From: Paramecium tetraurelia
Lineage: Eukaryota
Length of the DNA stretch: 64,000 bases
Assembly (NCBI GenBank): GCA_000165425.1
Contig: CT868185.1
Coordinates: forward strand, 248,001 to 312,000
Reading direction: 5' to 3'
Position numbers and translations under genes: made by a program
Shown: positions 1 through 14,022 of the stretch, piece after piece
Position numbering within the stretch: the first letter of the stretch is position 1
Layout: every line of letters starts with the position of its first letter
The notes under the pieces: generated by a model
What the model was told of the DNA's origin: nothing
Database searches by the model: none
The model's input: only the letters and a program-made list of their open reading frames with translations

Positions 1-3000
1 AAATCAAAATCAATCTTGTTCATTATTATAAGATAGTTTGAATGATTTTAAAATGTAAAATGAAGAATTATTACAATAAAATTAGAATATATTTTAAGAA
101 AAGTAAAGTTAAAAGGAAGAATATTAGTAGGTTCTCTATTAAGTTAATAAATTAATTTAAAATTGCGTAAATAAATTCAGTAGTTTTTAATTTAGGAAAT
201 AAGATGATTAAAGTCAATAAGCAGAGGAAGGAAATAATCATGATATAGATTAAGAAGCTGATGATTTAATTTTAATAGAAGCTGATTTAAATCAATAACA
301 AGCACTTCTATATAGTGGGATACATAATTTAATTGACATCATCAAATTCTAATTTGATGAAATCATTAATCTCAAGGCTGATTAAAATTTGAATAATGAA
401 TAAAATTTAGTTGAAAAAAGAGAGCAAGAATCTTAAACTTGTGAAAAGCATATTCACAATGAAGAAAATGATAAATTATTAGATATTTAGGATTAAATCA
501 ATTCATCAGCCAATCAGATTAAAGTAGAATAAAATAAAGAAAATGTATTAGAATTACAAAGTGGAAATTTAATTGAGGATGCTGAATCAAATAATTAAGA
601 AGAATTACTAAATACAATAGAAAATTTAAGAGGTTAAATTTAAAACTAAGAATAAGAAATTAATTAATTAATTTTATATAATTAAGAATATTAAACTAAA
701 ATAGAAGATCTTCAAAAGACTACAGAATCCTAAATAAAAAAGTAAATAGACTCAGATAATTGTAACAATAAATAAAAAGAAATAATAGAATAAAGTTAAT
801 ATAGAATTTTAGATTTTGAAAATATGGTATTACAATTACGATAAGAGATCTAGGAAAAGGCAAACGCGATTTAAAGTTAACAAAAACAAATTGAAGAACT
901 GATATAATAGGAGTTAGATATCAATTTCAAAATGACTGATTAAATTTAATAAAATGAAGAATTAAGTACTAAATTGCATCAATAGTAGTAAGAATTATTC
1001 GATCTATAGTAAAGGTGTCTTCAGTAAAGTTAAGAGTTAAGGATGAGATTATTATTGTTAGATTAGCTAGAGAAAGAGAATTTTGAGCTAGAATAGCTTA
1101 AAATAGGGCATGATTGAGTAGTGGAAGGGTTTAGGACGTTGTCAAATATGACATAAGCTTAGGTGCTCTAGATCGGTTTGAATGACTAAGTGACATGTGG
1201 CGCTAGGGGGGGATGTTAAACTAGATCTAATGTTAGTCTCNNNNNNNNNNNNNNNNNNNNNNNNNNNNNNNNNNNNNNNNNNNNNNNNNNNNNNNNNNNN
1301 NNNNNNNNNNNNNNNNNNNNNNNNNNNNNNNNNNNNNNNNNNNNNNNNNNNNNNNNNNNNNNNNNNNNNNNNNNNNNNNNNNNNNNNNNNGAAATTAAAA
1401 ATAAAATTTATTATTGGTTAGATTAGCTAGAGAAAAAGAATTTTGAACTAGAATAGCTTATATTAGAACTTAATTAAGAAGTGGAAAATATTTAGGGAAC
1501 AATTGTCAAATATAACATAAACTAAAAATACTCTAGAATCAAATTTAAATGAACTAAAATATCATGAAAACGCTTAAAAATTGGAATTATTAGAACTAGA
1601 ATCTAAATGTTAAATTCTTCAAGAAGAAACCTCAACGCAAACGAATAATTTAAAAGAGGAAAATATAAGATTGTAAGGATTAAATGAAACTTTAGAAATA
1701 TAAATTAAAGATTAAAAATCATAAAATATTGATCAACTAAAATAAATTGAATAGATAAATGAAAAATATAATTTAATAAATGAATAATTCACTTAATAAT
1801 AGAAAAATTTAAGTTTGTTTGAGTAAACAATCAATGAATAAAGAAATCAAATATAGGAAATCGATAATGGATAATCAAAATAAGAGTTAAATATATTAGC
1901 AATATAGCATGAATAACTAAAACTTCTTCATAATTAATTGATAATAGAAAAGGAGTAACAATTATCATATATTAATAAGTAATGTTAATAAGAAATTGAT
2001 GTATTAATGATTGAAAATAAAGATTTATCTTTTTAGAATCACAAATTGGAATAGAAAATTAAAAAATTATAACTAATCAATAATCAATTGATTGATTAAT
2101 AAGATATAAACTTAAAAATTCAAGAAAATGAATTAAAGCAATTATATTTTGGGGAATAACAAAAAAATTTGGAACTTGATATAAAAATAAATGAAACCTA
2201 TCAACGTATAGAATCACTTTAACAGCTAAATGAATAGCTAGAATAAAAAATTAAAGATCTAGAATAATAATTAAATGTATAGGAATAACAGAATGTAGAT
2301 TTACATAAGGTTAATAATGAATTAGTGTAAAATAACAATATTTAAGAATCGAATTTATAAAAACTCAAAATAATAAACGAAATTTAATTATAAAAAATTA
2401 CAGATTTAGCAAATGGATAAGAATTAAATTTATAAAAATTAAATGATCCAATTTCTCAATTAAAATTATTGCCATAAAAATTTTAAAAATTGGAAATTAC
2501 TCTTTTAAGATTGCTACCAAAATTAAGATAAAAAATAATATAATAATAAGATTTAATAAGTTAGTTAATCAACAAATACTCCAATAACATTGATGATTTA
2601 AATCAACAATTATTAAAATAATAAGATAAATCAAATTAATTATATGATTAGGTACTTTAAAATTAAGAATTAAACTCAGAATTGAAAAATCTAAATGATA
2701 AATTAGAAAGTGAAAAATAGTAGAATATATCTAAACTAGAAAAATAAATTGATTTAAATGAATAAATTGGGGCATAAAACGCATTTTTATCACAATAAAA
2801 ATAGGAGTTTGAAAATGAATTAAAATAACTCTAATAAGATTATTAGGATTAATAATCCAAATGGAACTCTGAAATCCAATAAAAGATATAAGAAAATTCA
2901 ACAATAAAGAATGAAAATGAAATTTTCAATTAGGAATTAACAAAAAAAAATGAATAGATTTAAATTTTGAGTAAAGAAATTAAATAATTTTAAATTAATT

Positions 3001-6000
3001 CTCAGTGCGAATAAGAAGAATTAATTTTAAAAAGGCAATAGGAAATAAAAATAATTGAAGTTAAAATCTCAGAGTAACAAAATAATTTCTTGAATAATGT
3101 ATTAAACAATTTATTAGAAATTACAGAAAAGTAGAATTAATATTAAGAAAAATAAATTCTTCGTCTTAACTTTATAAAGAACAAATTCAACAAAGAGTAA
3201 GAAGTAACTAAATTGTTAAACATTGAACTAAATTCAATTTAGATGGAAATGAAATAATTGATAGATAGACATTTAGTTTAATCAAGTTCACTTAATTAAG
3301 AAAATTAGATATTGTAAGATAATCTTAAAATTGAGAGAGAAGCCAAAGAAGATTTAAATTCATAAATTGTGCAAATTAAAAAATAGATTGTTAAACTTAA
3401 CAATACTATTAATTAAAAGGATTAAGAAATAGAATCTTTTAGAAAAATAAATGATGCATTAAATGAACGGTAAATAATCGATAAATAAGCATTATCAAAT
3501 GATTTAAACAGTATTCAAGAATCAAATTCTTAGTTTAAACAGTAAATTTAATAGTTATAAGATCAAATTAATAACATTAATGAAATTCTTTTGGCTAAGG
3601 ATTAAGAAATTTAAACATTAAAATAAAAATTATAAGATTAAGTCAAAGAGATTAATTTAAAAACTTAAGAATATGAAATTAAAAATGTTGAGTTAAATAA
3701 TATAAAAGAGGAGGGACTCAAAAAACTAAAGTGCAAGGATGATGAAATTTTACAGCTATAAGACAATTTAGAATAATAAAAAATAAAATATGAAAGCTAA
3801 TCTTTAGTTCTTTAGTAAAATCTGGAATAGCTATAGATAAACCTTAAAAAAAAAGAGGAAGAAATATCAAGAATTAATTCAGCTAATGAAGAATTAAAAG
3901 CGAGTAATAAGGAATTATAAGATTAAAATAAGATACTATAGGGTCAATCATTACAACAAGAACAGAATTTAAATTTGAGAATAGTTAATATAGAAGCAAT
4001 TATAGAAGATAAGGATGATGAAATTTAATTAAAATAAAATGAATTAAATGATTTAAAAGAATCGATTAATACTTATTTAGAAAGATTTAGTTGTGATTAA
4101 TAAATTATCTAAAAATAGTAGTTTGAAATAAGAATTTTGTAAAATTAAATTGAAGAATTAAAAAATTAAGGAGAATTCGAAAAATTGGAATTTCAACAAT
4201 AACTGCAAATCAAAAAATAAAAATCAAACATTGGTTAATTTGAGGACGAGATAACTAGTTTAAATAATGTTATAGAAGAAAAAGAGAAACCTACTGATTA
4301 GCTTAAACAGAACATGAATGATGTTATTACTAATAAATTTAATCAGAGTTAGTATGTAAATTAAATTAAAGAATTTGATGACTTTGATGAAAATAATAAA
4401 AATTCAGTGAATGAATAATAATAACTTATAGATATAAAATCGGCAAGATAAAGATGGATTAATGAAACAGATTAGGAATTAGTAAACGAAGAAAGGGTTC
4501 TTTTCTAGAAATTGAGAGAAGAAAATAATATTATAAGGAAATAACTAGCAGATTAAGAAAAAGAATTAATTATAAACAATCAAAGGATTTATGATCATGA
4601 AGAAACAATATTAAATCTACAATAGGAATTAGAAGCAAGAAAATATAATAATAATTCACCCAGACCTTTAGATAAAGAGATAAATTAGGATGAAGGACAA
4701 ATAGACTAGGATTCAGAATAATAATAAATTTAATAAAAACAATATTAACAAAAAGTTAGTAATGTACAACCTTAATAAATTTTAAAATTAAGGGAAGAAA
4801 ATGAAATTTTAAAAAGGAATTTATATGATTTATAATTAGAATTAGAATTAAACAATTAGAAATTGAATGATCATGAACAAACTATATAAAATTTGTAAAC
4901 AGAACTTTATGAAAAGAAAGAAAAAACTGAGAATTTTGAAAATAAGCTTATGGATAATCAAGTGTCATAACTAAGTAATAGATCAAAATTAAGCTAAGAA
5001 TAAATTCGCTTTGATTAATTACCTGATATTGGTGTTGAAGATTAAGATGTAGCCGATAATGATTCATTTGAATAAGAAGAGAATATATTTTAATAACGCT
5101 AATTGAATTTAAAGTAGTAAGAATTAACAAATACAATAAAGGAATTGCAAGAAGAGATTAAATAATTAAAAGAATAAAATAAGTATGTTAATTTTAAATA
5201 TATTTAAGATCTCTTTAAGATTTCATTAATAGAGGGAGCGCACCAAGTCCAATTTACAATAGAGAATCTGACCCCAATAAATCTTCAAAGATAGCATAAG
5301 AAACAGAAAAACGTAGATAAGATTTATAAAATTAACTCTATGAGAAAGATTAGACATTCTCCCATAATAAATCGAAAAGTTAAGTTCTTTTTGAATTTAC
5401 CTAAGATGAAGAAAATCAAGCAGGAGATGACTTAGCTGAAGACATCAAGAAAGAACGGTTAGCTAACATTAAGCTTGTAAATGATTAATAAGATCAAATA
5501 CACTATCTAGAGGATCAAATTGATAAAAATAATAATAAAATTCTTACTTTGGAGAATAAGCAAAGGTATAAATAATCAAATTAATTTTAATAGGGCAAAT
5601 TAAATACTAATAGATTAGTTATAGGAGGAAAAATAAAGGTTGGAGTAAATGACATCCCATTTATAATCTACTATTGCAGAATTAGAATGGTAGACTATTA
5701 CTATTAACATTTTTAGTTAAAATAATGAATTATAAATATAGATTTAATAATAAAGGATTGCTGAAGAAGCTTCGTAAAAATATCATTCTGAATAATCAAA
5801 GGATCGCAAGAATTATAATATCAATAACAAAAGAATGATTAAGCTTAGGAATTAATTACTTTGGAAAACCTNNNNNNNNNNNNNNNNNNNNNNNNNNNNN
5901 NNNNNNNNNNNNNNNNNNNNNNNNNNNNNNNNNNNNNNNNNNNNNNNNNNNNNNNNNNNNNNNNNNNNNNNNNNNNNNNNNNNNNNNNNNNNNNNNNNNN

Positions 6001-6411
6001 NNNNNNNNNNNNNNNNNNNNNGAGTTAATAATGTGCAAAGTGGACAGACCATGTTAAGAGTATCGTAAAAATATCATTCTGAATAATCAAAGGGATCGCA
6101 AGAATAATAATATCAATAACAAAAGAATGATTAAGCTTAGGAATTAATTACTTTGGAAAACTAGTATGGACAATTAAAAGGATTGAGTCAATAATTCTTC
6201 TCGGCTATATTAAAAAAGTAACATGAAAAAATTTATTTATTTTAGAAATCCTGAGTTTGCAGAATAAATTTTAGGTGTTATTTTGAGTATGATTGAAATG
6301 ACAGATAAATAGACAATTTGTTAAGAATTGTTTGCCAAATCCGATGAAAAGAAGGAAAAAAAAACTAAAAGTAAAAGCAAGGGAATAAAAGGATGGCTTG
6401 ATAAATTTTGA
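1..6411 (+). CDS. Very large coiled-coil protein (5' end outside window), possibly golgin-like
   Basis: Long Q/E/K/N/L-rich heptad frame under the ciliate code, crossing two N gaps, with tiny introns near the 3' end (e.g. gtatgttaattttaaatatatttaag ~5183). Ends ...KSKGIKGWLDKF-TGA at 6409-6411. Confidence 0.8.
1241..1390. other. Assembly gap (150 N), flanks overlap
   Basis: Run of N. Left flank ~1045-1240 is a noisy copy of right flank ~1395-1615. Confidence 0.95.
5872..6021. other. Assembly gap (150 N), flanks overlap
   Basis: Run of N. 5772-5869 is repeated almost exactly at 6063-6161. Confidence 0.95.
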
Positions 6412-6766
6412 ATTAATTATAATTTTGAACAAATCTCTTGATTAGTTTTATAATATTCACAATAATCAACCAAGATCTAATTTCTGGTTTACTTAAGCAA
6501 GAAGGTTGAATATATTTAACATGTCAAATAACCATTTTTATCTTTCCTAAAACTTTGAATGTTCAGTCATTCAATATTTTTTTGTTTTTATTTCTATTTC
6601 ACCCACTTTGAATATTTTATCATTCTGCTTATTAATATTTTCAATGCGTATTAAATATAATATATAATTGAATATTAAGTAATTTGGTATATAATAATTT
6701 TTATATGAATAATATTATTTAGCAAGTTCAAATATACAAGTAATAACATAAATCAAAAGATCAATT

Positions 6767-9293
6767 TCATATAAATTTGAGTTCTTCCAGGATTCCTTTT
6801 AGAACTGAAATTTCTATAGGCTTAGGTAAATGTAAATCTGCTCCAATTTCTAAAGACTTTTTGAGATCGCTTTCTCCCTAGAAACCAGACAACATACAGA
6901 TCTTTGACCTTGAAAATTAGTTATTTTATTCGAACTGCCTAATCAATTTTGTAGCTTCGAATCCATTTAATTCAGGCATTTCGATATCCATAAATATAAT
7001 ATCAAACCTTGTGTCTTCGACTTTTTTTAATGCTTCCCTACCATTAAAAGCTACGTGAATATCGCATTGAACAAACCTCTTTAATAATTCTCTTAAAGCG
7101 TATATATTAAAGGTAATATCATCTACAATAAGAATTTTAATTTTTTAATAAAAATTTGTAGAAGCGTTGATTGCAGTTGGATATTTTTTTTTTTGTCTTT
7201 TGATTAAAGGGAATGGAGTTGGATGATCAGGAGCTGGATCACTTTCAGGAATTCCATTATCCGTTTATATAGTGTTAGTGAAATTGCATTCTTTTTGCTT
7301 GGCGTCCATGTATATCGAGAAACTGAAATTTGATCCTTAGTTTTCCTTGGAACTCATTTCTATAAATTCACTTGGACCTAATAAGCCGACTAAATTTCTT
7401 GATATTACCAATCCCAATCCTACTCCTTATGAGTTTTAATTTCCTAAATTAAAAGTTGAGTAGGCTTTGAATAATTTACTCTGAATAAGTGCAGGTATTC
7501 CTATTCCAGTATCTTAGACGGAGAAATAAATTAATTGTTGATTAACATTATCTACTTTATTTATTTTCAATGTAATTTGTCCATTAGATGTAAATTTAAT
7601 TGCATTAGATATCAAATTAAATAAGATTTATTATAATCTAACTTGATCTGAATACATGATAATCTTTTCATTTAGTCCTATAACGTTGAATTATAAATGT
7701 TTTAGATCCATTTACCTTTTGAACATGTTCTTAATTTATTATATGCATGCTGAAAGGTCAAATTAGGTATAATTTAATCTTAATCCTTATTTTTTTAATT
7801 ATGAATAATCAATTAAATCATTGATCATTGTTAATAAGATTTATTAGTTTGAAATCATGTGATCGATTTAAACGACAATTTCTAAAATATTAATTAATTA
7901 TAAAAATACCCTAAATATCATTTCTAACCAATAATTGTTTATTTTCCATCATTGATTTAATTAAATGAGTGAGAATATTAAGGCCATTGAGAGGAGTTTT
8001 GAGATCATGAGAAACAGCAGCTAATAAATTATCTTTATAATTGTCTAATTCTTGAAGGTGCTTTATCCTTAAGACTCGATCAGTAGTATCATTTAATATT
8101 AGCATAATACATTATTTTCCATCCCATAAACATCCTTGAGCTTAGGCATCATAGTAATGAACTTTAGATGATTTAACATCTTACATAATTTGGTTTTATA
8201 CTACTCTTTGACACTGCATTTTTTTGTTTGTTGGCATTATTTAATAATCAAAAGAATTAATTGTATTAAAGCGCAGTTCAGTTTGAATAGCAGATTGCAA
8301 ACCTGAAATTTTATCCAATAGTTTGTTCTTTTAGCTATGTAAAATCGAATCTTCTGAATTTAGAATTTCTATTTCAGCTAATCTTTCAGTTAAAATGTTC
8401 TCTTCTGCTGTTTCAAAATGAATAGATGCGCTCTTATTGAAGTAACTCACATTCATAAATTTGCTTTCCTATGTATATAGTTTTTCTTTATGAGAATCTA
8501 CTGAATTTAATTATTCAATTTTATTAACCCCTTCTTAATATAAATTCTCTTCTAAAATTATAATTGAAGTTGGTACAGTTTCATCATAAAGTTTTTTACA
8601 TGCTTCTAGATTCTTATGAGACTTATGGATTAATAAAGGGTTCAATCTATTTGTTTTCTCATTCTATCTTAATAAATGACATGTAAATGTAAGAGGGAGA
8701 TATTATGTCCATAATCGGTAATTTAAAAATTTGGTAAAAATTCCCATCAAAATTAGGAAGAAACTTATCATTGTTAAACTCTGCATAATGTAGTTTGATT
8801 AAATTAAAAAAAAACTCATTGCAAATAATCCTTATTGCAAGCCAGATATTAAAGAAAGGCTCATAACATCTTCTTTATTTGTTTGAGCAGTGTTCACAAA
8901 TTTCGTAAAGAAAGCAAACAACAGCACACTGATTACACTGTTGATAAAAATAAGTATATTTGTGGTGATATTCCAATATTTCCCTGAAATTTTCTATAAA
9001 TATAAGCATATGAACATCCATCCTATAAATATGATTCTATATTTCACAATTTCTGCAGAATTATACACAACGGCTGAGTTTATGATAAATCCGATGTTTA
9101 TCAATATCTATAATAATGTAGATACCCTGAATTACACAATTACTTTAGCCATTTATCTATTTTAATATGACTATTCTAATTCCTCAGATTGAAATTAAAG
9201 AGTTAAATTATTTAAAGATTCCTCATATTTGTAGAGTTCTTGTATTTAAACCTGAAGAAAGAATTCTTGAAAACATTGTTTAAATAATTTCAT
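6767..9293 (-). CDS. Membrane-bound hybrid sensor histidine kinase with receiver domain
   Basis: N-terminal TM helices; H-box AAVSHDLKTPLNG; N-box QILFNLISNAIKFT; G1 VQDTGIGIP; G2 GVGLGLVISRNLV; receiver ILIVDD...FMDIEMPELNG...LPKPI. 28-nt intron at 7882-7909. Confidence 0.93.
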
Positions 9294-10457
9294 TGAGATT
9301 TAATAAATAATTAATAAAAAAAAAAATCATATTTGATATTTTGCTTTGTGATAATTAACTCAAGGTTTAAGCCATTTTTATAAGAAGATTTTATCTAAAT
9401 TCAAATTTAAATAGGACATAATACTCTTATACTTTTAAGGTTCCCAAATTGCATCTTTATTTAATTAAGTGATGAAATTCCATACTTATATTAAATATTC
9501 AAAATTATTACATTAATATAAATTATACTGCATTTTAATAAATTTACCCTTGATTCGAGAAGAAATTTTTAATATATTAAACTTTATTATCAATATATAA
9601 ATAACTAATTAAAAAACATTCACATTGTTATGCAACCTTTTAAGAAATACTAAATAAGAATAATAATTTAATTGAGAAGTTTATAAATTTTGGGAAATTT
9701 TCTAAATCAGAAAACTCCAAGTTTTAATAAATTTATGGGTTCACCTATTTATTATTATTTTACAAGAAATTATTATTGTTATAAATATTTGTAAATAGTA
9801 AATATTTTATTGTTAATATAATAATTAACTAAAGAATACGAATGTTACTTAGATTTTTATTTCAATAAAAATTAGCAAAATAATCCTTATAATCATTAAT
9901 AATGGAAAGTAAGGTCAATTTTTAGATTTAGCCAAGGATATTACTTTTATAGAAACAAAAAATATTGTTTTAAATAAAAAGTAAAAAAATAAAACATGAC
10001 ATTTTTATAATTGTTTATTTCGCTATAATCTTTATTGTTTACAGAAATAAATGTTATTAAAAAAATTCAAAAAATAATTTTAATTCTAAGTTAAAATAGT
10101 CTTTCCAACGCCAAATAAACTAGTAGATTTTCTAGATATAATGTTTACTTTCTTTAATAGCCATCTATTAACAAGGAATAAATTGTTATCTTGAACTATA
10201 ATCAATTATGGACTATTATTCCTTGAATCATTCTTTATTAATAATTTATTAATTTGAAAAAAATCAATATTAATAAGAAACTTGCTTCTCAACAAAGGAC
10301 TCACGGAAAATTAACATGAAGTTTAATTCTGACAAGCAACTTTAATTTAAATCCGTTATAAATTTCTAGAACATGATTAATGTGATTATTTTTATAAAAC
10401 CACTTGGATAATAATTATTAATGTATAAATATATATATAATATAAAAAAAATAACTG

Positions 10458-12037
10458 ATGGATTGGAGAAACAAATTGGATTTAATTTAGAATAAGATTA
10501 GAGGATAATTACATGCTCGCAAAATAGATGACTTGGAAGGAGTGTATTAATTAATGGCAGAATTTGATAGAGATAACTCTGGTATTTTATATAGTAAATA
10601 TAGGGTATTTGGATAAGGATGAGTTTCAAAAGTTCTTATCAAAGATAGGTGTATTTCTAACAACATAAGAATTGAGAGCAGTGTATGACAAATATGACTA
10701 AAATAAAGATGGAAATATTGCATATGCAGAGTTTGTGAATTTGATTAGAGAAAATATGAGCGAGAAGAGAATAAATGTTGTAAGAAGCACATTTTCATTT
10801 TTGGATTAATCCAGACACGGAAGATTATAATTAGATAGTCTTTATAGACTTTATTAAGCTAAAAACCATCCTAGGGTAAGAACAAGATAGAAGACATCTG
10901 AATAAATCACAAAGGAGTTTGTGAATGCAATTTCAAAACGTAGTAAAGATGGTCAAAGTATAAACGAAGAGGAATTCTTAAATTATTATGCTGATTGTAA
11001 TGCTACTCTTCCAAGTGAGAAGGAGGAGTACTTCACAGATGTATCTATAAATGAATAATATTTGATAGTTATTAACATCTACTTGGGGAGTAACATCTGG
11101 TGCTGATTATGTGTCTCCAGAGAGATTAGCTCAATTGGAAATTATATTATTTGAAAAAATCAGATAAAAGACAGTTACTAAAGATGATGAAGGAAAGACA
11201 GCCAAAAAAGCCTTTATGTACTTTGATTTGGAAAACAAAGGAACAATAGATATATATTAGTTTGCATAAGCATTATAAAAGTTCGGTTGTGTTTTCAGCG
11301 AAAAGGAGATTTAAGCATTATTTAATAAGTACGACGCTGATAAGAGTGGAAGACTATGCTATGATGAAATCTGTGGGTTGATAGCATTAATGGGATCAGG
11401 GAACAATGCAAATGTCAATCCAGTGTTTTAGATAGCCAGAGCTCCTCCTTAAGATACATTGAATAGAATTAGAAATGATCTAATTAAGAAAGGATAGCAT
11501 TCTGTCATACGAATGGCAACTATCTTTATTAATTCTGATAAAAACAAGAATGGAACATTGAATAGATAAGAATTTCAATGGGCTATGAAAGAATCTGGAC
11601 TGTTATTAACCAAAACAGAGTATGATAATTTGTTCAGATATTTCGATAAAAATTGTGATGATGAGGTTTCCTTTGTTGAATTCATAGCTTTTGTAAGAAG
11701 TAATTATACATTATCATAAAAGAGCCACTTTCTTAATATAGATTGGATTTGACAAATTAATTATGGAACAGAATATCAAACAGCGAACCTTAAATCAGCT
11801 CTTAATAATTGAAATGTAAGTATCTATTTAATTCAAGAATATTATGATTCATCAAAGAGTCATGATGTAAACACAAACATTAAGACAGTAGCTGATGCCA
11901 ATAAAGATTTTCATGATATTTGGAAAGATGTTTAAATTATCACTCAATAGCATTTCATAGAATATGTAACAGATATTAGTGCACTTATTGATAATGACTA
12001 AGCTTTTGAGAAGTTTATAAGATTTGCATGGAAATGA
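10458..12037 (+). CDS. Calcyphosin-like multi-EF-hand Ca2+-binding protein
   Basis: EF loops DRDNSGYLDKDEF, DQNKDGNIAYAEF, DADKSGRLCYDE, DKNKNGTLNRQEF; calcyphosin-type YQAKNHPRV motif; several tiny introns. Confidence 0.88.
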
Positions 12038-12076
12038 ATACCATATAATATAATAAACAATAATTTAATATAAATA

Positions 12077-12949
12077 ATGGAAGAGAGTATTTACAATATT
12101 CTCCCTAAACAAAGTATTCCAACTAAAACCTCCATTCTATACAAATCTCAATTTCCAGTCATTATTCCTCCTTCTTATAGTTCTTTTGATAACCATTCTA
12201 ATGTAATCGATGTATTAAAGTCTATTAAATGAGATTAAAAATATTAGTGGGTCCTACTATGTTTAAAAAGGTCGATATGACATGGAAAATGGTATAATTG
12301 GCAAAACAAAAACATGTTTTAATATACTTTATCCATAGAATAACTGTCTCCTATCAAACATAAAATAATGGGCACAAATAAATTAGCAGATTGGATTCAT
12401 AAAGGATCATTATTATTAGAAAATAATCATTCCAATAGATAAAAAGTAAAACCTTAAGTTCCTAAATCGGCAGAACGACCACTAATTTATGAACAAAAAA
12501 AAAAGAACTATATAGAAACTAATAAAATTTATACAATTCTTTCAAGTTCTTAATCAATTAATTTATAGCACCGAGACAACCATAAAAATAAACAGATTGG
12601 TTAAAAAAAGAAACCTATGGAAAAGTCCCTCAGTATTTGAGCAATATCAAATAGAGAATCTACTAATCATTTCTGCAATAACAAGAAGATTATGCTAATT
12701 AGAATAACCATTTGTAACTTGAATCATTATTAAAGTAAATTGTTATCAGAATCAGAATTGCATGAAATTAGAAAAGGACTTAAATAGAGATATGATTTGA
12801 TAAATTTTGAATACTAGAAATACTCTCATCACAAGAAATTTGATAATGTCAGTTTAAGAAGAAAATAAGAATAATATGAGAGGGAACTAGATCAATTAGA
12901 AAAAGATATGGAAAAAGTAAATAAGTCTTAGGTTTATGTCATAAAATGA
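12077..12949 (+). CDS. Enkurin-family ciliary protein
   Basis: N-terminus MEESIYNILPK; enkurin-domain motifs KNYIETNK and WLKKETYGKVPQYL, then coiled coil; TGA 12947-12949. Confidence 0.85.
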
Positions 12950-12981
12950 TTAAAATAAAATTTATTTATGTTAAATTTTAG

Positions 12982-13917
12982 ATGATATTTTTTTTTCAAA
13001 AATAATTGTAAATTCCAACAATTAATCAAGCCTTTAAGAGATATTATTAAGCTAGAAAATGAAATTTAAATGTTAGGGGGTACATAAAATTAACTACATA
13101 AAAGATTCAGTTATAATTTACTTTAAAATCAAATAAATTTAATACTAACAAAATCACTATAAACATTTCTAAACTTTAGTCAAAGACTCTATTTATGTCG
13201 ATGAATAGATAAATAAAGAAACTATATTCCTTACAACTCTAGTCTTTATGGTAACTTGATAAATTTCACATATAATATAAGGATTCAATTTTAGTTCCTT
13301 TATTTATAAAATTCTTTCAATTAGTAAAAAAGAATAAATATAATCAAAAATAGGTCCTCGATAACAATGTATTCAGAAAAATACTAGATAAATGAGGCAT
13401 ACTGGATATGAAATAATTAATTCCAAAAAGACTTTTTCGGCTAAATCTAATTTGATAAAATAATAAAGAGTCTTATTCCATTATAAAATATTTAGATTAT
13501 GAGTGTAATTATTAAATTATGGTAAATAATATTCTACAGTTTTAATAAATTTAATTCATTATTGGTAAGATTTTCTTATGAATGATAAGCAAAGGTTAGG
13601 CAATTAATAGAGAAATACAAAATGATAATAATATTAAACATATTGGAAGTATAATTCACAATAAATGATAAAATAATGAAATAGAAAAATAATAATATGA
13701 AAATTTAATGGTTGAAATATAACTATAAAAGTAAGGTATATATAATTTTCAAATTTTCATGAATTTTTGTATAATCTTTGTTAGGTACAGACTAACTTGA
13801 TACTTTAATAACTGCTTTGTATAATAATAATTTATAGAGAAATAAAAGAACCACATATAGAACATGAATAAGAATGTGTAAATGATAAAGTAAATGAACC
13901 AATATGTAAAATATGAT
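12982..13917 (+). pseudogene. Degenerate coding-like region / hypothetical protein
   Basis: Gln/Asn/Lys-rich plus-strand coding-like stretches interrupted by TGAs; no clean model found. Confidence 0.3.
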
Positions 13918-14022
13918 ATAAATTTTTAAACTAAAGGATATAGCTATGTAGATCTATAGTAATCAAGAAAGTTGAACTTTGATATTATATAATATATCAT
14001 ATATATAAATAATTAACTGATT

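Noticed and set aside
1045..1615. Apparent diverged tandem duplication around the first gap
   Set aside because: The left copy degrades progressively towards the gap, as a low-quality read tail does; these are overlapping contig ends.
5772..6161. ~100-bp direct repeat flanking the second gap
   Set aside because: Near-identical copies abut an N gap; unmerged contig overlap.
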